DNA of 64,000 bases, taken from contig OZ231126.1 of assembly GCA_965153355.1 (NCBI GenBank), positions 20,460,001-20,524,000 of the forward strand, given 5' to 3'. Origin of the DNA: Flaccisagitta enflata. Taxonomy: Eukaryota. Positions 50,001 to 64,000 of the stretch are shown one piece after another. Within the stretch, counting starts at the first letter, position 1. Every line of letters begins with the position of its first letter. The position numbers were made by a program, and so were the translations under genes. Under the pieces are notes generated by a model. That model saw only the letters and a list, made by a program, of their open reading frames with translations, did not search any database and was not told the DNA's origin.

Positions 50001-52162
50001 GGCCATCCCTCAGCAAGGACATCAGGAGGTTCATCAAGAACTGCAAGGTTTGTGACCAAGAGCGCGAACCCATTCCTGCAAATCGTACGCCCCGTATCCC
50101 GGTTAAAGCCGAAAACGTCTGGGACCATGTGGTCTGCGATCTGATCTCCTTGCCTACGGCTTCCCTTGGATTCCACCATGTCTTGGTCTTCATTGACGTG
50201 TTCTCTGGATACGTGAAGCTCTTCAAACTGAAGGACAAACACACCAGAGGCGTATGCCGCGCTTTTGAGGACCTCACATGCATCATCGGGCCCCCTCGCC
50301 TACTCACGTCGGACAATGGAGGCGAATTTGACTCTGACCTGTTGAAGGATATGTGCAAGGTCAAGGGTGCACAAAAGCGCACCAGCATCCCGTATCGACC
50401 CCAGTCGCAAGGCCACGTCGAAAGGTTCAATCGAACCTTGATCAAAGACTTGAGAAAGCGGCTCATTCAATACGGACACTCCTGGGTCGAGCACCTCCCT
50501 TACGTCGAGTGGTCCTACAACAACACTCCACGATACAACAGTAAGATGACGCCTTATTTCCTCATGTACGGAAGGGATCCCCCGCTTCCTACCTTTGCGG
50601 TTCCCGCAGCGGCCTCCACGGTCAAGGTCCCGGACAACAAAGCCTACATCGAAAAGGTCCGAAGACGGACCGAGGAGATCCACGAAGAGGCTCGAAAGCG
50701 CATCGACACCCAACGGGACAAAGACGTGGAGGCGTACAACCGAAAGGTGAAACACACGCCGCTTGAGGAAGGCGACCGCGTCTACGAACGTGTGCCAGAA
50801 GGCACGCGTCACAAACTACAATCTAAATGGGCCGGCCCCCTCAAAGTCGAAAAACGTCGACGTGACCCCTCGGGCAACCCTGGCACAACCTACGTCTGCG
50901 AGAGAACAGATGGGAAACTGGTTAACCGAAACTATGAACAGCTCAAAAAGGTCCTGGCAGAAGATCAGGAAAAACCGATCGGCCTCCCAAGCGCCGACGA
51001 TCCTGAAGCGCCTCCAACCACCACCGGTAACCTCCCATTGGCCAACCAAAAGACTATTCTCAGGTCTACGAGAGGACGCACCCTGGCACTTATCCCGGCA
51101 ACGCTGCGAAGCCTCACTCCAGCCCCGGTATTGCCTGCGGCAATGCCAACGCCGCTCCTACCAGCGACACTGCCTCCAGCAGCGACGCCGCCTCCAGCAG
51201 TGACGCCGCCTCCAGCGGCGACGCAGCCTCTGTCAGCGATGCTTACCCCAACCACTGCCTCAGGCCACTCTATGCAACCCGCTGTTACAATGGGTAACTC
51301 CGCTCGACTCGCGCCGCCAGATGAGACGTCACCAGATTTGTCTCCTGACGAATCTACACCCGCTGCCCCACTCTACGCGGCACTCTCTCCTACAGCTGCT
51401 TCAATGGCATCGCCATCCGAGCTCTCAATTAAGGTAAGCCCTAAATCTGAGCCCATCGATCCAGCAGGTAGCAGCCCGACACTCTCTTCGCGTACGGATG
51501 CCGATCAAACCAGTGTCCCACCCTCAACAGCAGACTTGCCGACAACCACAACCCGCAACAGGAGGAAAAGAACGACGCCAGAATTGATCCCAATGGAGGA
51601 AGATGCAGCCCCACTCGAGATGCCGCAAGTCTCCACTGCTGGCGAGACGTCCCACCCACCTCCGAAAGCGGTCCGCCCAAAATCTGTAAGCCGACCCCCG
51701 CCAGCTCCTTCCATGAGAACACGTTTCCAACAGAACCGGGAAGAACAGCGAAAATCCGAAGCCAAAGATGCCGTCAAGAGAGTTGGACAAATCGCAAGAA
51801 CGCTTAGCCGTCGCACAACGTCGCAGGAGACCGAAAGCGACGAATCCCTCCCTGACGTTTTTGCTTCTTTCAGTTCAGCAGATCTCATTCGGGAACGAAT
51901 TGCAAGCATGGACGTGTTCGAGGAAGAAGAAGCGCCGTTCATCCCAAGCAGAGACGACATCCAAGACATCAGGGTCACTCAACAACCGTCCTCATCCGCA
52001 GTTAGCACCCCAGAAAGTACGCAAGGCGCGAATCAATCTTCACTGCTGCTACGCCCCTTCAGCTATTTCTGGCAAAGTGGAGACACTCAAGCTGCCGCTC
52101 CAAGCAGTTCAGCGACCGATACGGAACCGCAGCCTCAAACCGCAAGCACTCCAAAAGATTAA
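47030..52162 (+). CDS. pol: Pol polyprotein: protease, RT, RNase H, integrase, long low-complexity tail
   Basis: ALGDTGSS (protease); DFRKVN, LDLTKGFWQI, YLDD (RT); KSDAS...DRE...TDH...AD (RNase H); H..GH...CKVC zinc finger; CD...SDNGGEF...VERFNRT (DDE); KWAGP. Confidence 0.97.
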   Translation, partial: LVPDSVKGRTEIGTAKLAPSLNSADFPKPPDPHLIPDTPESHAYPESPDPPPGDYRPQWKAEFTISIKTGLDGKYQKVLALGDTGSSRCTISEDFFRDSPALRKRPYRNLATRGTAINGSKVLTIGIVNVPFRINNNYMAINCRVVRGLIQPVILGWDFFSKFKATLNTVEGLLEFRDWAPTPLVKDSTVLSGCFYRIHEDVTIPANSKMHKMVELMADKDHIKSASTMVATEPFVDQGEQAATCRAISDVRDCMFLTELMNCTDSDVKLEAGRVLGYAEFFDPFELEKYCYKTEMVNDYISDDSAYESGNSSEGDSDDEELEEIVCDRPPNSQTLAAHQVDTLDPPQPQDTPPPRSGWTPPPRARRKRIPPGAKPLSIDYSTISEEAKPYKDQLKNLLEVKHEGAFSQHDRDYGKTSVIQYRAHMKNPPGPPISVSPYRTTPEAREAIDKQAFEMMADGLVRPSTSPYSAPILLAKKKFGGFRFLTDFRKVNERCDKVVYPLPRIEDSIQRLKDPRIFSSLDLTKGFWQIPIAPEDCKYFAFSTETMHLEYLVAPMGAKNSPSYLTALMQLVLRGLPSQHVISYLDDILVADSNMEDHLHHLDLVLTALEKAGLKLNPSKCHIAQDSVVCLGHKLSKYGIGPDPANMDKIKSWKTPENIKRLRTFLGLTGYYRHFIKGYSDIAQPLTELTKEDVEWKWTSTHQHAFETLRDYLTSNNVMCYPDFAKPFIIKSDASLTAIGYVLTQKVDGKEKVISYGSKKLSRPQQNWSTYDREYFALLCAVRANAHYLRHAPFLAITDHRPLLAWKKIDSRKDPTGRRTRWTIELNSYDFELIYKEGKSHADADAMSRRGDDDDEIAEDSDEFAFLAITCEDQFSAVRFNAFKEDEDTLRRAQNDDATISTVKSFLRARKRIPDNFPDGWYSSNRRWFILQKGILYKKAYSECSHLDILQAVIPPSMTKSVLEDLHGEYMAGHPSHDKMLLMVNRYATWPSLSKDIRRFIKNCKVCDQEREPIPANRTPRIPVKAENVWDHVVCDLISLPTASLGFHHVLVFIDVFSGYVKLFKLKDKHTRGVCRAFEDLTCIIGPPRLLTSDNGGEFDSDLLKDMCKVKGAQKRTSIPYRPQSQGHVERFNRTLIKDLRKRLIQYGHSWVEHLPYVEWSYNNTPRYNSKMTPYFLMYGRDPPLPTFAVPAAASTVKVPDNKAYIEKVRRRTEEIHEEARKRIDTQRDKDVEAYNRKVKHTPLEEGDRVYERVPEGTRHKLQSKWAGPLKVEKRRRDPSGNPGTTYVCERTDGKLVNRNYEQLKKVLAEDQEKPIGLPSADDPEAPPTTTGNLPLANQKTILRSTRGRTLALIPATLRSLTPAPVLPAAMPTPLLPATLPPAATPPPAVTPPPAATQPLSAMLTPTTASGHSMQPAVTMGNSARLAPPDETSPDLSPDESTPAAPLYAALSPTAASMASPSELSIKVSPKSEPIDPAGSSPTLSSRTDADQTSVPPSTADLPTTTTRNRRKRTTPELIPMEEDAAPLEMPQVSTAGETSHPPPKAVRPKSVSRPPPAPSMRTRFQQNREEQRKSEAKDAVKRVGQIARTLSRRTTSQETESDESLPDVFASFSSADLIRERIASMDVFEEEEAPFIPSRDDIQDIRVTQQPSSSAVSTPESTQGANQSSLLLRPFSYFWQSGDTQAAAPSSSATDTEPQPQTASTPKD

Positions 52163-53488
52163 GTTGTTCTTCTGAACAGCTTTAGACTTTTTGTTTCGTT
52201 CTCTTACCAATTTTTTCGCTCGTTGGTTGTATTATTTGCATCTTGCATAGTACACCCCCCCCCTGTTCTCTTGGCTATTTTTACTCTGTAATCGTAAACG
52301 TTTCCCCCCCCCCTCTATTTTTTCGTGGCTTCTTTTGTTCAGTTATTGCATCCATGGCTTCTGTCTCGATGCCCAATATCCCCCCCCCTTCACTTCTTCG
52401 TTGTTCCTCGTCACTGCCATTTGGATTCGAATACGTGTAACCCCCCCCCTCGTTGATTGGGTCATGTGATTTTTCGTTACCCCCCCCCCCCATGATCGCT
52501 CCACATCAGCGTCTGAATGGCTGCTCATCAGTCGTTTACATTGCCCCCCCCTCTCCCCGGACATCAACCTGTATCATTGTTTCACATGGTACCTTGTATA
52601 TATGTTCATTGTCTGTTAATGTCATGTTTGGGCCTCCGGAATCCCCAAGCTATGGTGGGGTTCCTGTGCCCTTCCTATTCCTTTTCCTGGGCTAGTTAGC
52701 AACATTGCAATGGAATTCAAGTTTCGAGACACGAATTAAACTGGACACGTAAATCCCGCGGGTATTATCAACCTCCAACATCTTTACATTGGGAATGTAA
52801 TCCGCCATCTCTCAGGCTTAAATCCCTGGTAACTTACTAATCTTTAGTAGGTTTTTTTTTAGGTACTTTAACCTCTACCATTTACCCTAATGATAGGTAG
52901 TCGATTTTCCTTAATTTCTGCTTCCACTTAAGCGGAACAAGGACAAGAAGTTACGGCATGTGGATACAAGGTACAATCTGCTACATATCTCAACATGGAA
53001 ATATGGAAATTTGGATCTGGTATGTTAAGTAAATGTGACTCTGGGATGCGCAACGAATGAAGAGTGAATGAATGATTCATTTTATCATATTGAAGATGAT
53101 TTGATAGTTGCACTTGTCGAATCTTTTATCAAAACAATGTCACTCTAAACTTCTCGTCCTTTTTACAATAGGCTACCAACATTTGTGGAAGGTCGAAATC
53201 AATGGGTCAAGTTGCAGTTACCAAGAATCGTCTGTAAAAATTGTGCCTTACTTCCCTTACATCGTGTTGGACATTCAAATAATGAAGCATTTGAACATTG
53301 TGACGTTCGTTTTCAAATGTTATAAAGCTCTGTCTGACTTCAATGAAATCACTTGTACGTCCGATAATTCAATTTTCCCTGTTCCTATCTCAATTTCAAG
53401 TCAGGAGTTCAAAAGTTCAAATACCGGTGACTCTCGTGAATTAACCCCCCCCCCCCCCTAAAATTTGGATTCTATCCAAGTTTTTAAA

Positions 53489-56400
53489 ATGCCAAAAGGG
53501 ACTGAAAAGAAGAAGCGCGAAGATGAAGCCATGTTACTTCGTCACTTCTACCCCGACGGAACTGCGGCCAAATTACCTAGTCCAGTCCCAAATCCTTATG
53601 AGGAAAAATCGGCTCTCATCATTCCGATCGAGTCTCATCTTGAGGATAAGATTAATTACGTTATGAAGGATGTTCCTCCGTACCGCGGCCCAGCGAAACC
53701 CTCGCCGACAATCGATGAGGGTCAGTATTTCGAGTATGAATTTAAACGCCAGCTGCAGGCCCCCGGCGTTACCCTCGAGAAGCTACCCCCTAAGGAAGTG
53801 GATCACGTCCGCACGCACGAGGCTGCAACTCGTCATCTCGAAACTCTCCTCCTTATCGCCGACAGTTCCAGAAAACCAATCTTCGTTGGCCTAGATCAAG
53901 AAGATAAAGGTGCAACAATTCAACTCGCCTATAGATACAACAATAATAAGAAAATAGTTGTCATACAAATGAAAAGTGCCCAAAAACCGCGTCCGGGCGA
54001 GTCGGCAGTTTGTCTCAAAGATGACGGCAACTACGATGTCGTAATTCGCGTGATTACCCACAAGAACATTATTTTTTCTGGTAATGGCATCGCAGCGGAC
54101 TTTCCCGCCCTTCTTAAGTCCCTCGGACTTGAGGAGAAAGATCTGGAGAATTTCCGAATTATCGACACGGGCCTCCAGTACGCGTTTCTCTCAAATTTCA
54201 CCCGCGGCCCTGAGGCCCTCCGTGTTTTTATGGCAACTTGCCATGAAAAGAAAAACCGCGGAATTCTCGGCGTTACGTCACTCAAATATCAATACGAATT
54301 CGTCAAAGACAACGTCGTCGTCGATAAACGACCAAAGCTCCGCAACCATTTGGCTGACTTTGGTGAAGTCAAGGGTCGTCTCTCCGGTACGGCTGTGAGT
54401 TATTGCGGCCATGATGCACTTATGGGCCTTGACTGTTCTACCATTATGGCGGGAATGATGGGTGTATGTCCGTCCCTCTTCGCGATAACTTGCGACGAGG
54501 AATTTAACTTCGACAATGCATCCACCATCGATATGGTCAACGCCCTTTGCGACCTCATGGATATGAGAGCTGGAAATTCGCCAGTATGTGACCCGCCGGC
54601 TCAACTGACTGCGGAACAACAGGACGCCGTCAACGTTGCTTTTGCAAATTGGGATGATATCCGTGATCGAGTCGCCATCCGCGAAGAGAAAGAAATGATA
54701 AGAAGAAGGGAGAAACAAATAGTTTGCGGATGCCTTCAATCTCTTTGGAAACCGCGCTCCGTTATTACCGAGAGATACGCGGCGGCCCCCTCTCAATTTC
54801 TCTCCCTCCCCCCTTCCTCCGTTTCCGGCGCGTCTTCGTCGCCCCCAGAACCTGATGGGTTTGATCGTGCCATCATCGCGGTGCCCCCCGTCGATAAGGT
54901 AACGCCTGCGGCGTTGCCTTCAAAATCAGTGGCACCAAAAGGGAAACTGAGTGAAAAGAGCGACGACGAGGGTCGAAAGGTCACGTTTAAAGAGGTTCAA
55001 GAGCCTTCGGACTCAAAACCAACGGCCCGACGTTCATCATCATCCTCATCCTCCTCCGTCTCCTCTTCTTCTTCGGCGCCGTCTTACGCGATTGCGACTA
55101 CTAGTCCCGATCAGATACGCTCGGCGCTTCGCAAACCTTCTTATGAAGATGACGTCAGCAAGGGTGAGAGTGAACCTGAAAGTAAAATGAAGAAGAATGA
55201 TGAGTATGATGACATGGAAATCGTGAGAGAAATTGATGTTGCCCCTTTCTATTCTGAAAAATTGGATGGAAACAATAAATCGCTCTTATCCTCTAAAACT
55301 CCTATTTCCTATCCTATTTCTCACCTCACTGTTAATAAATCTAAGCTCAAATCTACTGATTCCCCACTTATATCTCTCTCGAAATCGCTTCTTGGTAATT
55401 CTGTCTCACAATTCTCTGTTTCTTCCAAAATTACAACCACTTACTCTGAATCCCCTTCTCGTTCACGTTCTGTCTTTCGTTCTAACCGCATCCCTACAGC
55501 CAGAGACGCGTATCCTCCTCCCCTGATGCCTCCTCCTCCTCCTCGGCCTGTTGGCTCTGCCTCGGGTCAGCACCGGGAAGTTACGGAGAGTTTAAGAAGT
55601 CGTTCAGTTTCCTCGCAACGTCGCAACAATAGCAATAATAACAACGACGAACAAAGAGAAGACGATGAAATCGAACGGGTAGTGAGTAAACTGACTCGCT
55701 GCCACCCCGACGATTTCAACGACGTCATTTCCCGCCTTGAATCGACGCGCCCAGCAAAAATGTCTCGTCGGTTCCTCGCTGCGTTGCGCCGTTTCCGCGA
55801 TACGGATGTAGGTGAAAAGAATAGACTTTACCGCCTCGCGCGTGAAGCATTGAGCTTCTTCACTGGCACCGCCACTCATGAGTTTGTTCTTGAAATGGTC
55901 CAACAACAAATTTTCGGAGTAAGTCGTCTCCATACCATCGTTAATTTGAACTATTTTGAAGTCGATCCTGTCATTTTACTTGACAACGTTTTGGGAGACG
56001 CTGCCGACGGCAATATGATTGATGTAACAGCGCGCAATTTCTCCTCTGGGGAAGTTGCAAACGTTATGCGCCTTGCTGCAACCCACTCAAAAGACAAACG
56101 CGCGATTCTTGCGGAAATGAGGAAAAGCGAATTGTTTGACAATTATGACGACTCCAAAGCGACCGAGCGATGGACCGAAAATCGAGTCTGGAAATTTATC
56201 CGTCTTTTGAGCTTCAAATCCAATGTCGCTGTCCCTCATGAAGCGTTCCCACTTCGCGCCCGTTTTGCTGTGAAAGAGGCTCTCAAACTGTATGATAAGG
56301 GAGAGATAGAAATACACGACTTCGCCATCATTATCACCGCCATTTGCGGTAACGACAACGCGCTGCTACAAGAAGTTGCGGAAATAGTGGCAGCACACTC

Positions 56401-57187
56401 CAAGCCTCTTACCGATTTTCTCGTGAGAAGACGCCACCTTAACCTTACTTGCGCGACTAACGCGAGTACCTTCGAGCCATCATGTATCAATAATCGTCGA
56501 CTCCACAATATGGCACTCGGCGAGAGCCGTATCATTGTTCTTCCTGCCGACGTTTCCGACTTCCGTCAAAGATTACGTGAATCTCGTTTTTTTGCCATCG
56601 CCTATCGGCTTAAGGATATGACGAGTGTCGACCAGTTGGACTTCCTCACAATTCGGACGAAAAGGAAGACCTTTCATGTCTCCAACTTCCTTTCCTACTC
56701 GGTCTGGCAAGATGTCTTCAATGTCCTCGCCACTGAGTCGGCCGACAAAACTTTATTCGTTTATCGTGGTGGCCCCCTCCAGGAATTCCTTGCTAACCAA
56801 TTCCAGTGGATTCCTGCTTCCGTCGTCGACGCGGCCGACCTCGCCGTCCGAAATGGTGTCCGCGACACCGTTTCCTCCATCTCCGAGGCTATGACGGGCG
56901 GTCCCTTTTGTTGGCGTTCATGCGTGTTCGGCGATACGTCCACTCCTTCCCAGCCTGCCCTCCGACATTGCAACGCGACTGTCTCCCTTATTTACGAGTT
57001 TTGTATCCAATACGGCGGGTATGGCGGCGAAGAGATGCGACATGCTGTTGCGTTTCACGATGCAAACCCATCACCCTCTCGACCTCGCTCCCGAAACCGC
57101 GATGACTCACGCAAGGGAAGAAGTAAGAGGAGGAAGAGGAGCTCTTCCCGCTCGCGAGTCCGCTCTCGCTCACGGTCCCGCAATTAG
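53489..57187 (+). CDS. Extra 1232-aa ORF in env position: DEDDy 3'-5' exonuclease domain, Ser-rich linker, helical region, degenerate second exonuclease-like domain, RS tail
   Basis: ExoI VGLDQE (D136/E138), TIQLA, ExoII SGNGIAAD (D204), IIDT, SLKYQYEFV, ExoIII YCGHDA (Y305/D309). Ends ~50 nt before the 3' LTR. No signal peptide or TM segment seen. Confidence 0.85.
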   Translation: MPKGTEKKKREDEAMLLRHFYPDGTAAKLPSPVPNPYEEKSALIIPIESHLEDKINYVMKDVPPYRGPAKPSPTIDEGQYFEYEFKRQLQAPGVTLEKLPPKEVDHVRTHEAATRHLETLLLIADSSRKPIFVGLDQEDKGATIQLAYRYNNNKKIVVIQMKSAQKPRPGESAVCLKDDGNYDVVIRVITHKNIIFSGNGIAADFPALLKSLGLEEKDLENFRIIDTGLQYAFLSNFTRGPEALRVFMATCHEKKNRGILGVTSLKYQYEFVKDNVVVDKRPKLRNHLADFGEVKGRLSGTAVSYCGHDALMGLDCSTIMAGMMGVCPSLFAITCDEEFNFDNASTIDMVNALCDLMDMRAGNSPVCDPPAQLTAEQQDAVNVAFANWDDIRDRVAIREEKEMIRRREKQIVCGCLQSLWKPRSVITERYAAAPSQFLSLPPSSVSGASSSPPEPDGFDRAIIAVPPVDKVTPAALPSKSVAPKGKLSEKSDDEGRKVTFKEVQEPSDSKPTARRSSSSSSSSVSSSSSAPSYAIATTSPDQIRSALRKPSYEDDVSKGESEPESKMKKNDEYDDMEIVREIDVAPFYSEKLDGNNKSLLSSKTPISYPISHLTVNKSKLKSTDSPLISLSKSLLGNSVSQFSVSSKITTTYSESPSRSRSVFRSNRIPTARDAYPPPLMPPPPPRPVGSASGQHREVTESLRSRSVSSQRRNNSNNNNDEQREDDEIERVVSKLTRCHPDDFNDVISRLESTRPAKMSRRFLAALRRFRDTDVGEKNRLYRLAREALSFFTGTATHEFVLEMVQQQIFGVSRLHTIVNLNYFEVDPVILLDNVLGDAADGNMIDVTARNFSSGEVANVMRLAATHSKDKRAILAEMRKSELFDNYDDSKATERWTENRVWKFIRLLSFKSNVAVPHEAFPLRARFAVKEALKLYDKGEIEIHDFAIIITAICGNDNALLQEVAEIVAAHSKPLTDFLVRRRHLNLTCATNASTFEPSCINNRRLHNMALGESRIIVLPADVSDFRQRLRESRFFAIAYRLKDMTSVDQLDFLTIRTKRKTFHVSNFLSYSVWQDVFNVLATESADKTLFVYRGGPLQEFLANQFQWIPASVVDAADLAVRNGVRDTVSSISEAMTGGPFCWRSCVFGDTSTPSQPALRHCNATVSLIYEFCIQYGGYGGEEMRHAVAFHDANPSPSRPRSRNRDDSRKGRSKRRKRSSSRSRVRSRSRSRN

Positions 57188-57223
57188 GTTTTGTTCATCG
57201 TGTTTTTAAGGGACTAAAAACTT

Positions 57224-57237
57224 AGAAGAGGTGAAAG
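57224..57237 (+). promoter_or_regulatory. Polypurine tract
   Basis: AGAAGAGGTGAAAG, 2 nt before the 3' LTR. Confidence 0.65.
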
Positions 57238-57239
57238 CA

Positions 57240-63024
<5,785 letters not shown>

Positions 63025-63050
63025 GTTAGTTATTTACGCTTTCTCTTTTT

Positions 63051-63953
63051 GGGCAGCGGCCCCAAAGGGCCGATGTCCTGTAGGACACAGGGGTGAATTT
63101 CCTTACGTCCGTCCGTATGTACGTACGTCCGTCCGTACGTCCGTCCGTACGTCCCCCCTCCGAAGCTTCTCAAGCCTCTCAGGCCTCAAATCCAGCCTCT
63201 CAGGCCTCAAATCTGGCCTCTCAGGCCTCAAATCTGGCCTCTGAGGCCTCAAATCTAGCCTTTCAGGCCTCAAACCCAGCCTCTTAGGCCTCAAATCCAG
63301 CCTCTCAGGCCTCAAATCTGGCCTCTCAGGCCTCAAATCTGGCCTCTCAGGCCTCAAATCTAGCCTTTCAGGCCTCAAATCCAGCCTCTCAGGCCTCAAA
63401 TCCAGCCTCTCAGGCCTCAAATCCAGCCTCTCAGGCCTCAAATCTGGCCTCTCAGGCCTCAAATCTGGCCTCTCAGGCCTCAAATCTAGCCTTTCAGGCC
63501 TCAAACCCAGCCTCTCAGGCCTCAAATCCAGCCTCTCAGGCCTCAAATCTGGCCTCTCAGGCCTCAAATCTGGCCTCTCAGGCCTCAAATCCAGCCATTC
63601 AGGCCTCAAATCCAGCCTCACAGGCCTCAAATCCCACCTCTCAAGCCTCAAATCCAGCCTCTTGGGCCTCAAATCCAGCCTCTTGGGCCTTAAACCCAGC
63701 CTCTCATGCCTCAAATTCCCATTGAATAACATGGCAAATTGACAAAAAATTGAAAAAAATGCAAAATTCCCAATGAATATCACGGAAAATTACCCCAAAT
63801 ATGCCCTCTCAGGACGTAAGGAAATTCACCCCTGTGTCCTACAGGACATCGGCCCTTTGGGGCCGCTGCCCTGCTCTCACTCCACTTCTTCAGCTAATCA
63901 CTCCAAGCAGGGCATCGGGTACCGCTGACCATGTGCGATCCTTGGATGACTTG
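63051..63953 (+). mobile_element. Non-autonomous element: 60-bp inverted repeats, (GTCC/GTAC)n, internal 21-bp minisatellite, asymmetric tail (HINE/DINE-1-like layout)
   Basis: 63051-63110 is the reverse complement of 63812-63871; unit ctctcaggcctcaaatccagc is repeated over ~63168-63715. Confidence 0.85.
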
Positions 63954-64000
63954 TTGAAATATGATGTTGTACAACTAAGTCTTTGACTGCAAATCTGCCT

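Noticed and set aside
53489-57187. ORF3 as a retroviral-type env
   Set aside because: No signal peptide, fusion peptide or transmembrane anchor visible; it has nuclease motifs instead.
63103-63783. 226-aa RPERLDL-repeat ORF
   Set aside because: Translation of the 21-bp minisatellite within a non-autonomous element.

Overview
Eukaryotic (invertebrate-metazoan-like) genomic DNA with spliced genes, microsatellite-rich introns and many non-autonomous DNA elements. Left to right: (1) 1-8.1 kb, a compact cluster of short-intron or intronless genes with no family I recognise; (2) 9.0-10.5 kb, nested MITEs; (3) an intronless ~390-aa unknown ORF directly downstream of a minus-strand DDX56/DBP9 DEAD-box helicase gene (13.9-16.6 kb); (4) a ~6.7-kb GGGGCTGCT-based higher-order satellite with an orientation flip; (5) two tandem invertebrate claudin-like genes lacking the canonical extracellular cysteines; (6) a very young ~14.4-kb Ty3/Gypsy LTR retrotransposon (43171-57535). 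Besides gag and -1-frameshifted pol, it carries extra ORFs upstream of gag and, in the env position, a 1232-aa ORF with an intact-looking DEDDy 3'-5' exonuclease domain, a second degenerate exonuclease-like domain and an RS tail. This is the most notable feature of the window; (7) its 3' LTR is truncated and fused into an exon of an ICA1/ICA69 (arfaptin-type BAR) gene that continues to the window end. All calls are by eye; no database searches were run.
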